The notes below the pieces were generated by a model. That model made no database searches and was not told the origin of the DNA. It saw nothing but the letters and a program-made list of their open reading frames with translations. A DNA stretch of 64,000 nt. It comes from Tubiluchus corallicola. Lineage: Eukaryota > Animalia > Priapulida. Position 1 is the first letter of the stretch, and each line of letters begins with the position of its first letter. Both the position numbers and the translations under genes were made by a program. Shown one piece after another: positions 1-12,700 of the stretch. The stretch lies in assembly GCA_030141605.1 (NCBI GenBank), contig JAQGDQ010002368.1, forward strand, positions 682,001-746,000, given 5' to 3'.

Positions 1-844
1 TTGCATAGATCAGCAAAACACTAAATGTTCCTCATTGATGACATACATTTTTAAACGTTCTTGCTTCAAAACAACGGCGATACTTGAATAGGTGTCAACG
101 TAGGAAGCAATCTACTTAATTAAAAACAATCAACATAATTTACGGGAAATCACAACTAGCGCTTTTAAACAACTTGCCCTTTTTTGCCCCAAAAATGACC
201 AAATTAATTTATAATTTTAACACATTTAATTTAACAGATCATTTCCGTAAGTACGAAATCCACAGTACCGAAAAAACACTCGCACAAAGCACCGTCGCAA
301 ATCTAGCACAGCACACAAATTTTCAAGAATGTGGTACACAAATATAAAAGAAACCGTTTACCTTGGGATAAACAAATAAACACTGGAATATAACAGTTTT
401 GGGGTGTTTTCGGGAGAACAAAATTTGCAGCAAAGCTCTTAATGGTGACAAACAGAAAACATAAGCTTCGACCTTATAATTTTTCTTTGGTCAAATATTG
501 TAACGTTGACGTCGGCCAAGAAGTTCAAGGTTCAAGTCGGCAATGATGCGAGCTTCAGTTTGTTACAAACAATACCAAAAACGTGAAAACTAAACAGGAA
601 TTTGAAGGAATAACGTGCATAAATTTTCTCTTACCGCCTCTATTGCTGGCTGTTTTACGGAACCGGTGCTTCGATGGAAAACGCACTGCCCACGCTCTTA
701 ATGAATTAACCGGAACAATTACGTGCCTGCAAATGTAGGTAAAATGGCACAGTAAAAATTGCATAGGAAAAAACAGCACAAATGAAAACGCAGGAAAAAA
801 AGTTGTATATATGTTATTTTGATGCATATAATTTGTATGACAAG

Positions 845-2833
845 ACTAGAATGCGCTCAGCAGGAAACAGACCTCCGCCAAGGTCGAAAAACCCGTTCGT
901 TCTTTCAATAGAAAAAACTAAAAACAAAGTTTTATAATAACATGCTATAATATACCTATATAAGTATTATATAGACTAGCAAAGGACCCAAAATATTTTG
1001 TTTATTAAACAGAATTATAATGAATAATGCACAAACGTTTCACATGGTGTTTGTCTACATTTCTTTAACCATTTTGCTTTGGTAATAGACTGATAAACGT
1101 AACTAGCTCGTAGTTGTTTGCCCTGGTAGAGATAATAAAACAAGAATTCCCCTCTCTTGTAGCTAAGTCCTCATCTTCCCAAAAAGCTATAGCACTCCGT
1201 CTGAAACCTCCACGTAATTGCGTCACCAGTGTTGTCTGTGCGTAGTATTCGAGACCTCTACGAATTGCTTCACCAATGTTTTCTGTGCGTAGTATTCGAG
1301 ACCTCTACGAATTGCTTCACCAGTGTTTTCTGTGCGTAGTATTCGAGACCTCTACGAATTGCTTCACCAATGTTTTCTGTGCGTAGTATTCGAGACCTCT
1401 ACGAATTGCTTCACCAGTGTTTTCTGTGCGTAGTATTCGAGACCTCTACGAATTGCTTCACCAGTGTTTTCTGTGCGTAGTATTCGAGACCTCTACGAAT
1501 TGCTTCACCAATGTTTTCTGTGCGTAGTATTCGAGACCTCTACGAATTGCTTCACCAGTGTTTTCTGTGCGTAGTATTCGAGACCTCTACGAATTGCTTC
1601 ACCAATGTTTTCTGTGCGTAGTATTCGAGACCTCTACGAATTGCGTCACCAGTGTTTTCTGTGCGTAGTATTCGAGACCTCTACGAATTGCTTCACCAAT
1701 GTTTTCTGTACGTAGTATTCGAGACCTCTACGAAATGCGTCACCAGTGTTTTCTGTACGTAGTATTCGAGACCTCTACGAATTGCTTCACCAATGTTTTC
1801 TGTGCGTAGTATTCGAGACCTCTACGAATTGCTTCACCAATGTTTTCTGTGCGTAGTATTCGAGACCTCTACGAATTGCTTCACCAGTGTTTTCTGTGCG
1901 TAGTATTCGAGACCTCTACGAATTGCTTCACCAATGCTTTCTGTGCGTAGTATTCGAGACCTCTACGAATTGCGTCACCAGTGTTTTCTGTGCGTAGTAT
2001 TCGAGACCTCTACGAATTGCTTCACCAATGTTTTCTGTACGTAGTATTCGAGACCTCTACGAATTGCTTCACCAGTGTTTTCTGTACGTAGTATTCGAGA
2101 CCTCTACGAATTGCTTCACCAATGTTTTCTGTGCGTAGTATTCGAGACCTCTACGAATTGCGTCACCAGTGTTTTCTGTGCGTAGTATTCGAGGCCTCTA
2201 CGAATTGCGTCACCAGTGTTTTCTGTACGTAGTATTCGAGACCTCTACGAATTGCTTCACCAATGTTTTCTGTGCGTAGTATTCGAGACCTCTACGAATT
2301 GCTTCACCAGTGTTTTCTGTGCGTAGTATTCGAGACCTCTACGAATTGCTTCACCAATGTTTTCTGTGCGTAGTATTCGAGACCTCTACGAATTGCTTCA
2401 CCAATGTTTTCTGTGCGTAGTATTCGAGACCTCTACGAATTGCGTCACCAGTGTTTTCTGTACGTAGTATTCGAGACCTCTACGAATTGCTTCACCAATG
2501 TTTTCTGTACGTAGTATTCGAGACCTCTACGAATTGCTTCACCAGTGTTTTCTGTGCGTAGTATTCGAGACCTCTACGAATTGCTTCACCAATGTTTTCT
2601 GTGCGTAGTGTTCGGTCAGGTTTTGTGAAAACAAAGAACGTGCGAAAAAACATATACTTTTCTTGGCAGTACTGCTCCATCCCCAATCCAGGAATCTGGT
2701 AAAAATTGTGTCTTTCTTGTCTCCTACTCTCATAGAAATCTATTAGGTGGGCCTTTGGGTAATAGACTTGCAGCTATAGACAGGCAAAAAACAAACAGCA
2801 TGAAGCATAACTTCCTTGGTAGAGGTCAAAATA
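845..2833 (-). mobile_element. Non-autonomous Helentron-type (HINE/DINE-like) element carrying a central tandem array
   Basis: Subterminal inverted repeats GACCTCCGCCAAGG (870-883) and CCTTGGTAGAGGTC (2814-2827; 12/14 match); minus-strand 3' end reads ...GGAGGTCTGTTTCCTGCTGAGCGCATTCTAGT; ACAG/AAAC-rich tract at 2778-2800 next to the other subTIR. Family call is from recalled HINE architecture. Confidence 0.65.
1219..2612. repeat. 47-bp tandem array (minisatellite), about 29.6 copies
   Basis: Unit TGC(T/G)TCACCA(A/G)TGTTTTCTGT(G/A)CGTAGTATTCGAGACCTCTACGAAT recurs at exact 47-bp period (1219, 1266 ... 1501 ... 2582); no spacers. Confidence 0.98.
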
Positions 2834-3639
2834 ACGAAAATAATTATCCCGAACAATAACTCTAATTCAGAGCTCATGTTGTGTAAGTCGTTTGTCCCTC
2901 TTTTCCTATTTTTCCATTTGCACACTTTTTCCTTTTTTTCCTATGCCATTTTGACTTACGTCATTTTACCGGGCAGCAGTGCTTCCACGCCGGGATACTG
3001 ATTCGTAAGAGGTGTCTATTTATAATATCACCCTGTGATCACCATCGTGATCCTGCATGAAGCGCGTATGAGAAAAAATTAAATTTTATTGAAAAATTAA
3101 TTACGCTTCAAGTAATTTTATAGAAAGTGCGAAAAAAGATTTACGAAAGCGGTTAACGCTTATGTTCATCGTAAAGACAAATTTCGTGTTTTATACTAAG
3201 ATATGTAAGAATTATATGGAGTTTACGATGAAATTTTCATGTTGCATAATGCTTATTACTGGACGCAAAGTGTTCGCTACATAAAAAAGCTAAGTGTGCA
3301 TAACATCTATACTGAGGAAATAATGTCAAACTGCGGAAATTCGACTACATAAAACTAAAGTTAAAGTTTGTTAAATGAAACGTATAAAATGGAGTAACGC
3401 ATAGGCCTGCTATTCTGTGTTAACAAAAATAATTGAAATTCAGTAGCGAGTAACGTTACAAGAAAATTTACGACAACATTTTGTGAAATTTCTGAACAAT
3501 TGCTCAATTACAATTACATGAACAGAGACGTACGTTAAGAGACTGGTAATAAATAAAAAATTAAAGGCCTTGAGGTCTGGCCACGTCAAAGCCGGGTTCA
3601 GCAACAATTAGTTGCCCGTAGCGTCCAAAATGACCTTCT

Positions 3640-4380
3640 CGTACATCTCCTTGTACGGATGTTTTTCGTTTGGTTTGCCCAAGTAGTTACGCTGACATCG
3701 TAAGGGATAAGCTAGATTTAGCGCAAAAGCTGTTCCACTTCTCCGGTAATCACGGAACAAAAATAGCGAGAAAGCCAAGTGCGTTCTTTCACGTCATCGG
3801 GTCTCACCAGAGGGATATACATCTGCGGGTCGCCAGAACGGCTTTGTGCCGATACTAGTGATTTCAGCGTCAAGCTTCGCAACTGTGTAAAGCCATAAAG
3901 CTGCCCACAAGCTGTCTACAACGACGACACAAATACTCTGTTTCACCTTGAATTATTCACAAACTAAATTGTAATCCATATAGACTCTACAACTGCTATT
4001 TACAACAAAAGTACTTCATCACAGTGAAACTGCATCTCCGCTCGAGGATCTTACGCTTACTGCCCGCAGCTGCGGAAAAGCAAGTACCGTCAACTGCTAC
4101 CAACAGAAAAACGTACCTTTTGACACAAGTCCTGAACTCAGTGAGCCCTAGCGACTGATAAGCGTGGATCCGTGAAAACAAACGTCAACAGGAACAAGCA
4201 GACATGTCAACGCTAGCTGGTTCGAAACCACTTGATGCCAAACCATGCCAGGTGCAAGCCGGACAAGCCAACAGGTAACAGAGCCCGTAACTTGCATAGC
4301 TTACGTGGAATACCGTAAAAAATATAAGGCAGTGTGTTTTTAACTGCTGCCAAGTAAAATAGCATGCCACCTTTTCTTTC
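3640..4380 (+). mobile_element. Possible degenerate Gypsy-type gag relic
   Basis: Broken frames give VLSRHRVSPEGY (like SCAN-type gag LxRYxLTPEGYR) and a disrupted CF-NC-x-QV-x-H zinc-knuckle-like stretch near 4330-4375; many stops and frameshifts. Confidence 0.3.
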
Positions 4381-5887
4381 AACTCGAATGAATAACATCA
4401 TGATGAGGACAGGCTTCACTAAATAAGCTACTCACAGCTTGATGGTCCTACTGCATGTGTTGCTTTCATCTCACATTTTAGAATGTGTTCAATGCCACTC
4501 AATGCCACACGTGCCGTCAAAGATGTAACAGGTCCCGCAAAAAACCAATCAACATGTGCCTGAGAAAAAAAACTTGGAAAACAAGCTACGGTACCTGCTG
4601 ATCATACCTTAGGTATGCATTTTTTCTGTGACTTCTTTTTGGAGTGCAAGTTCTTGCAGAACTGCTTCTTTCGCGATCATTTTGAATATTAACGGGTAAC
4701 AAACACCAATGTTATTCAGGTTTGGGTAATAATCTGACTTAATTTAATCCAATAAGGACTGCAACACATTGTATACCATTTATCTACGTATAATGTTTTC
4801 TGAGATGTATGTAACAATATAATGAAAAGCTTGATCTGCAGCCATCTTTGATTTTTTTAAATTTAAAACAAATTCAGCTTTTCCAAGAAAACACTCGTTA
4901 GGTTGCAACATAACATTGTATATGTCAGAAAATGAGGTGGCACCGCCCTTATCAGTAGTCCTCGCTATTATACTTATAGATCTCTAATAAATGATCTGTG
5001 AGTAAAGGTTTCTGTTCTGATTCACGACAACGATGATTGCTTGACTAGGTCGCTTGCAGTGTTGGATAAAGCTTTTAAGAAAATTTCGTGGCCACACTAT
5101 CTATCTAAAAGACCAATTCGTTGGTTTTAATACATCCAGTTAACTCCAGTTATTACCGCATGCAATAGTCGCACTCAGGCTAAAATCCTTATACAGCATA
5201 TTTTTTGAGTGAGTGTATGTGCCTATATGTGTGCGTTCGTGTCTATGATTATAACTGTCTTTGCTGTTTCAGGTACTGAATTTGAGAAAATAAACTTTTT
5301 CCTCCACAAGATGTCACCACAAGTAGAAAAGTATTTCTGTGGATACACAGCATAGAGATTCGCTGGCGGAATCGCTGCTGCCAGAAGATGGCGAGAAAAT
5401 CGATTAGGATGCTGAGCTCTTTAGATGCTCTTCCTCTACTCCATTCGCCTTCGCAGTAGATAGGCTGTAATGTAGTAATATGATTGTGAAACTGTAAGGC
5501 ACCAACCTATAGTTCGTAGCTTTGCAGTCTGTGTATACAATTTACAATCACGTGCTTACTGAAACTAGTTAATTGTACCTGACAGATCATCACTGCAAGT
5601 TCATACATTCGACAAGTTCAGTTAATCAAGAAAAGTCAGCTGCACAATAAAGTGATTATTGATGATTATCTGGCATGGAATCATTATAATTTTCATGGCC
5701 AGTTCTATACTGTACTTGAAATCCTGTGAAACTCAATCGCTGCCTCAGTAATTGACATCGTTATCGACTCCTATCATTATTGCTGATACTACACAAGTAT
5801 TATGATTATTATTGTTATCATTGTTCGTTTATAGTTGTTTTTGGCAAAGAAATACATTTGAGTATTTTGTTTAACATAAGCCATAGA

Positions 5888-6108
5888 CAGGACTCCATGT
5901 GCGCATACTGCGTAATGCGTGATGTATCCATAGGTTTCATAGGTCCGTGAATGCCGTGCGTATCAACAAAGCTCGCGGCGCTTTTTCAGCTATTTTTGGT
6001 TACTGTCCATGAAAATTGGAAGTAATAATTTTTAGATGGCGTGTTTCCGTCGAAGTTTCAACGCGACAGTGATCAAGAAATAACAGCGATGGCATTAACT
6101 TTTCATTG

Positions 6109-6154
<46 letters not shown>

Positions 6155-6552
6155 CACGGAAAAATTCAAAAGGAGACAGGTTTTGGTGCATAAGATTTTG
6201 TAGGGGAGAGAACAATCCGGCATGTTTCACTACCTAGGTAAAGAACTGCAACTAGATGCAAAAATATGTATATTTATACGCTTCTTCTACAACTCAAATG
6301 GAACGAAAATGGTTACCTGAAACTTGAAAACTCGTTAAATCACCTAGGCAAAGACGGTTTCCGGTCTGCGTATTACTGCTTGTTGCGCATTCGAACCATA
6401 CCGGTCAATCATGTTTAACTGAATACGTATAACGCATCACGCATTACGGATTGCGCGTTAAGTAGACCTACACATGGAAGCATTACATGTATTTAAATAT
6501 AAACTGTTTTATACGTGCTATGTATCACATATTACGCATATATGGAATCCTG
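5888..6552. mobile_element. MITE-like element with CAGG termini and internal (TA)n
   Basis: Terminal IR CAGGACTCCAT / ATGGAATCCTG; 14-bp subterminal IR CGTAATGCGTGATG (~5911) / CATCACGCATTACG (~6435). No clear TSD. Confidence 0.55.
6112..6152. repeat. (TA)n microsatellite
   Basis: Direct reading. Confidence 0.95.
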
Positions 6553-7593
6553 CTTAAACGAGTGCATGGTGTCCTACCTTAACAAAAAATGTGAGATGGT
6601 AGGTAGCAATCAAGCAGGCAGTAAGGCAAGCAGGTGATTAGGCAGGTAGGTAGGTAGGTAGGTAGGAAGTTAAGTAGGTAAGTAGCTAAGATTACACGAG
6701 ATTAAATTAGATTCTTTTATTTCGACAGCCAGCTAATAAATTGCTTTAACCAGCTAAGGTTAGAAGTTAACTGATTAATTATATAACCAATTTGCAATTT
6801 AATGCAACTATAAAAAGCGCGCACGCGCACTCACTTACCCTCACGTACACAAGTCTATCTCACCAAATACACAACCCCTCCCCCACGACAAGAAATGTGC
6901 ACAAGAAATATGCTTATATATATATATATATATATTAAAAGACACATGAGCATCAAATCTTGGGTAAATGTTTTCTCTTTTACTCCACATGGCTTCATTT
7001 TAACACGCCGTTGATCGACATACGACCCCATGATAATAATCTATTAAAATATGCATACTGTTACACAAGGTTGTCAGCGGAATAGAAAATGCATTTATAT
7101 CAACAATGCTAACATGTCATGCTGATGTAACACGTCAGCAGTATTATATGGCTTAGCTGATTAATTGAAAACTACATTTTTTTATTTTAATACTCTGTTT
7201 TAGACAACTGGCTCAGTAACTAAAAAGTGTTAAACTTTTCATTTGTCCGCAGCTTACAAAACGTTGTTACTTCTTTCTGTCGGAAAATATTAAATGTGAA
7301 GCAAAAATGCAATTAACAACAACAACAACAACAACAACAACAAAGGTAGCTGAAATTACACAGCTATTTGCGAAAATCTTTGAAGTTGAAACAGTAATTT
7401 ACAATAACCTATTTTAATAAATGCAGAGATTGTTGAGACGAAAGAGTAAGTAGAATTGAAATCATTCATTAAAACTCACAGTAGCGCTTATCGTTTCGGT
7501 TTACAATAATTCTTGTGCTGAAAATAAGGCCAAAAGCAATCATATTATCACCAAAAATTATCAAAAGGCTTAAAAATATTACAGAAATAATCA

Positions 7594-7868
7594 AATCAGT
7601 GCTAGATTAAATAGGCATAGTATAGTAGCTGTAAAAAGAGAATTTTTGTAAAAACATGGGAAAGATAATGATAAAGCTATAGATAAGAAAAATATTGGTA
7701 ACTTCGATAATGTTTGTTTTTCTCTCATGCTGTGAATTTTAGCGTGTTTGTAATGTTTTAATGCTGACGTTCTCTTGAATCTCATCCAATGGTAATCTTT
7801 CTCGTGTTTTTAAAGAAATAGCTACTATACTATTCAGTGTACTGTACTTACTTAGCCTAGCACTGATT
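7594..7868. mobile_element. ~270-bp MITE-like foldback element
   Basis: Terminal IR AATCAGTGCTAG / CTAGCACTGATT plus inner 14-bp IR ATAGTATAGTAGCT / AGCTACTATACTAT. Confidence 0.6.
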
Positions 7869-8963
7869 CCTTATTTCTATAGTTTTTAGGCCTTTCCATA
7901 TTTTTTATGATGATGTTACTAAAGAATGTAATTGGCCTTATTTTCAGTTTTAGACATAAAGGGGTGGTCGCAACTGTAAATAAAATCATGATGCAGCACT
8001 TTCGCATATTTGAAACGATTCTAGTTGTAGGACTTGAAGAGTTTGTAGAATTGAATTCTTTTGCAGAAGCAATATCACTTGCTGGAAAAATCCCAAACTG
8101 AGAGACAAGCTCAACTTGATTTCAAAAAGAGATTAGCGCAAGAACTGAAGTTCTCTTCTCATGCTGTTTGCAGAACATGGAAATTTTCATAGTATGATAA
8201 AAGTTGGCGCGGCGGAACACGAAGCGTTTTGTTCAATAAGTCTACTACGCTCCAGTGAAACACATCAAAGTCGAAGGCATCCGCAAAATGTGCAATTTAT
8301 CTCAGGCGGTAACCCCATAGAGCCAAAGCCGCTAGTTGCCGCTGCAGTATTGCATCGGTCATTATTGAATTCTTTCTTTAGTCAATATAAAGCGAAGTCA
8401 ACGCGTGGCATAGTTCACAATCTGAAAACGCGCGGCTTCCAGTGAGAGCCGTAAAATGAATAATTTGCCCGTCGTTTCAGTAGGTCGGATTGCGTTTGAG
8501 AAGCAAATTGAAGTTACTGCTGGGCGTCATCGTTTCATTAGGTCCATTCACAGCATCATCAAACGTACTGAGGGGCGTGTTCATTACCAAGTACAGTAAT
8601 GCTATCCATTCAACTTTAGTTTACATCGCAAATACAAAGTAACGAGAAAAAGATTTTTATCTACAGTTGATTTGAGCACGATTTTTATTTGATGAACAAA
8701 CTAAGAAGAGCTCTCCGTTTTTGGCTGCACCGCAATTAAAAATCCGAACGTTACATTAGCAATGGATGTTTACCAGACGTGTGAAACGTGTCGTGCATGA
8801 GAAACAAACCTGCTGTGACTTCACATGTTAAAATGCCTCAATTACTGAGTTTGAAAGTTCTTCGGTGAGACAGGATTCTTGCAAAACAGGGAGCGTGCAC
8901 AACTGTTGGGATGTAGGATGTAGGAAGTAACTGGATTAAAGTAGCCGACTTTTAACCTGTAAA

Positions 8964-9749
8964 ATGGCCGATGTCGATGTAGGTTGGACGTGGGAAGAAA
9001 GAATCGAACGCCCTTCCGTTGTGTACGGTAACATTTCTGGTGTGGTCAGCTTGGCGCTAGATGGCCTTTTAGTGATAACTAACATACTTCCTGTGATTGT
9101 AGTATGCTGCATAAAACCGACCAGAGAGCGATTAATAATGGACGAGTTAGTGGCATTATTGAGCGTGTCCACATTGGTGTCTGTATTAGTACCAGTTCCA
9201 TTGACAGCTATATCTTTTTTTAGGCAAGAATGGTGGGGTGGAGAAAGGACGTGTTACTTTTACCAAATTTTTACTGTGTGGTTAAAGTTGTCCTCGATGT
9301 TTTTAGTGACTCTTATGGGTGTAGATAGAGCAGTCACGTTAAAACACACCTTAACTAGAAAAAGCTTTCGAAGATATCCGCGAAACGCCCGGCTTTTAGT
9401 GGCCATATCTTTTACTCTGTCTCTGTCCATTTCTTTACTACCGCTAATTGGTTTCGCACCTGAAGCCATGGCTGGCGACACCTGTCGACCGTTGATATTA
9501 GCTCCCGATGACACATCGTCCATTCACCAGAAGGTTTTCTACGTTAGTTTTTTAAGCGTGGGTTACCTAAATCTACTTCTCACAACGGGTGCCAACTTCA
9601 AAGCCTCTGGATTTCTCTCAAAACTATCCAAACATGGATATGAAGATAGGTGGCCGTCAGCTTGTATGGACAAGAAGGTCCTTCTGGATTGCTCTCAGGT
9701 TATCGTAGCTGTCGCTATGGTTTTCTACGCCACGTGGCTGCCTGCCTTT
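8964..9749 (+). CDS. GPCR coding exon 1 (TM1-TM6)
   Basis: AAAATGG start, 262 codons ending FYATWLPAF, donor GTAAGT at 9750. Confidence 0.92.
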
Positions 9750-12700
9750 GTAAGTATTGTAGACTTAACTTCTGTTTTCGTAAATATGGAGTGTTTACTA
9801 ATTGGTGTGGATGTAGTTTAGCATAGGCAAATTAGTATAGGCAATTGTTTCTTAAATTCAGGAGCAGCTTTCAGCGTTTACAAAACGTGTTCGTTTTGAC
9901 CACGAAAAATGCTTTGTCATTACTGCTGCTTTTAAGCCCTTGTGTAATATATAATAGATAGAAACTAATTATGGCAAGCACAGGGATTAAAAATTGCTTA
10001 CATTGAGGGGGGCGAGAATCACTAAGACCGTTTTAAAAGGAATACGAGAACATCTTGACGAGGATTTTAGAGATCCTATTCCTAAGAGCTTTTGCTTCTC
10101 ATAATGCTTCTAATACTAGTAGGCCTATTGAAAAACATCATCACCGTACAAACAATAATATAAAACTCGTTGGCGGTTCTTTTAGAAATAATAGAAATAA
10201 TCAGAACTAGAAAATTGTTCTTGTAGAACTGGACAATCTCTGGAACTTTTGAAGTGCTGACATTTCAAAGTGTCGTTAATCATGGAACGAAAGATAATGG
10301 TAAAGCCTCTGTTCTTTAAATTAATGACAGCCCCTATTCTTTAAATTAATGAATTTGACACAATAGAAGTAGAAGTAGAAATAGAAATACAATAACTGTC
10401 GCAAGTCAAACAGAAATCGTTTAATATTTTTAACACTCTTCTGGAATACTGACAGAGTTTCTATTTGGCGGCTGAATATACCACTGATACTGATAAAAAA
10501 AGTTTACCACAATCTACTAACCATTTGAAAAGTCTAATTTTCAAGTGGCACCAAAGACACATCACTTGTTCACTATTCATCCTAGGTAATTAATTTTGGT
10601 GTTTAATCCCATGTTTTGGGGATCGAAAATCCAGTTAGCATATTTAAATTATTATAAAGTGATTACAAATTTGTGAATTCCGAGGTGGCCCACTAATACG
10701 ATATACACTCTTGTAAACCCACTTGCGTGGCCTTTCGTTTGAAGGATACGGGGTTGCCGTCGCCCGTCGATATCTATATTGATGGTTCATGGATACTAGT
10801 TATCCGTTGATATATTCCGTGTGGCGTCTACAATAGCCACAACTTTTATGCGTCCCTATTTTGTGTTCAAGAAGAAGAAGAAGAAGAAGAAAGGTCTGGC
10901 TTTGAGATAGATATTTGGCATCTATTTATGTAGCCTAGGCTATTTATGTAGCGAGTCTTGGCAACCAAAGCAATACACTTCTCTATTATGCTGAGACGAA
11001 AAACATTTCGTTCAGACGAACCAGCAGCTCCTACAGTGTACGACATCAGTGATATGAAACAAGCCCTGTGTAGTTTTGAGGTGCTAACGGTTACTATGCA
11101 ACGTGATAGACGTGATACTGCTTAACGTATTTTAGAGTTGGGAAAAGTCACGGTTTCAGAAACTAACTTGTGAAGAGTGAAACTACACAGGCCTGTGGTA
11201 ATGCATTTCTCCTCCCGAATCAAACAATTAATATTACAGAAGGCTTTGGAAGCGAGGCAACGGCCATTTTGTTTGGTGACAAGAGTACCCATTCACTCGC
11301 CCCTTTACGCTATGACCTTTTTAGCAAAAAAATGTTTCTGCCAAGTCTTTTCTTACCCCAGAATGTCTCCCTTTTACAAAATCCTCAACTAAATGTTATT
11401 GCCTTAGAGCGTATTATCAGCTAATAGTGTGAATGGGATTGAAATGGAACGTGGAGAATTATCGGTTCGTTTGTAGCAAGCTTCTGCTCCTCCGGAAAGC
11501 ACAACTGCATGCGATCTCGGTGCAGTTGCAGAGGACATCCACTGCCATGCATCCCAGTACCCCGAAACATGGAGTTAAGACGAAAAATTCCTGGTCTATG
11601 ATGAATATTGAAAGAATAATGAACATTTTCATATTTGAAGATAAATGGCAAAATGGGAGGAGTAAAATCAGATGGCAATTGCGTTTTCTAAAAGACCAAC
11701 GTCATTTGGACTTAAACGTGTCAGAAACCTTAAAATGCACAATCAGCTTTTGAGGTTAAAGAATTGACAAAGATATCCCCCTCTAAGCTTCCTTGTAAAG
11801 TGACTCTCAATAGCTTTTCATGGTCTACTACGGGATTGTGTCATTTAGACCAATATCTGTTGGTTATGTGGTTATATTTCTAATAAAAAAAAATCAAAAT
11901 TCAACAATTTACATTTTGTTAGTTTGCGTAACGTGCTGTCCTAGTCTGCTTAACTGGATAGTTCATTAACCACATCACCTAATTTACTATTTTGAAACCT
12001 GTTGATTCGCTAAGAGTAAGGTCATTTACATATATGTATCTCACCGGATACTGACTGACAATGTCACTATTCACAATTTGGAATCCCACAGGCCTAAGCA
12101 GTTCAGAAAGTGTCATTAATATTTACATGTTTCACAGTCATTTAAGGAGCATAAGCAAGGATGCATACCCAAATATGCAAATTAGAGTCCTCGATTCGAA
12201 AGACACGCGATTAGACACAAAAATTACTTATCTAGGATGGATAACGAAAACAAAAATAAATATTTTTACCCACATTTGATGACATCTTGAAAATTAGGCC
12301 TGTTTAGTCGTTAAACTATTGTGAACTTTTAACATGGTTTGAAACACACCTGGTACTATGAAAAAACCGCTGAAAAACCTTTTGTAGGAATTTTGGGGTC
12401 AAACTATATTTTAAGCCGCCTGTATAGCATAAGAACATGAGAACACAATCATACAGAGCAGGAACAAAAAAGCGAATAAAAAACAGAACAGCGACGACAA
12501 AAAAACATTGGAAATGATACACGCATATCAGAGGCATTATCATCGCTAAGACTGGTGGCGTTTCGGGAATGTCCTTTCCTCAGCCAGAGGTCGTACACTC
12601 TTACACTCTTCTTACACTCCTTATATAAAGCTAAAGTCAAATGGACAAAGCTTTGATGCAAAACCGTTCAAGTTGTCGTTTAAGGATGACTAAACGCCTG

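Noticed and set aside
235-560. Possible piggyBac C-terminal/terminal relic
   Set aside because: No clean Cys-rich motif or TTAA-flanked TIR could be read.
1219-2612. CRISPR-like array
   Set aside because: Units are head-to-tail with no unique spacers, there are no cas genes, and the context is eukaryotic.
2492-2733. Short ORFs running into the 47-bp array
   Set aside because: The unit length is not a multiple of 3 and stops recur; these are repeat artefacts.
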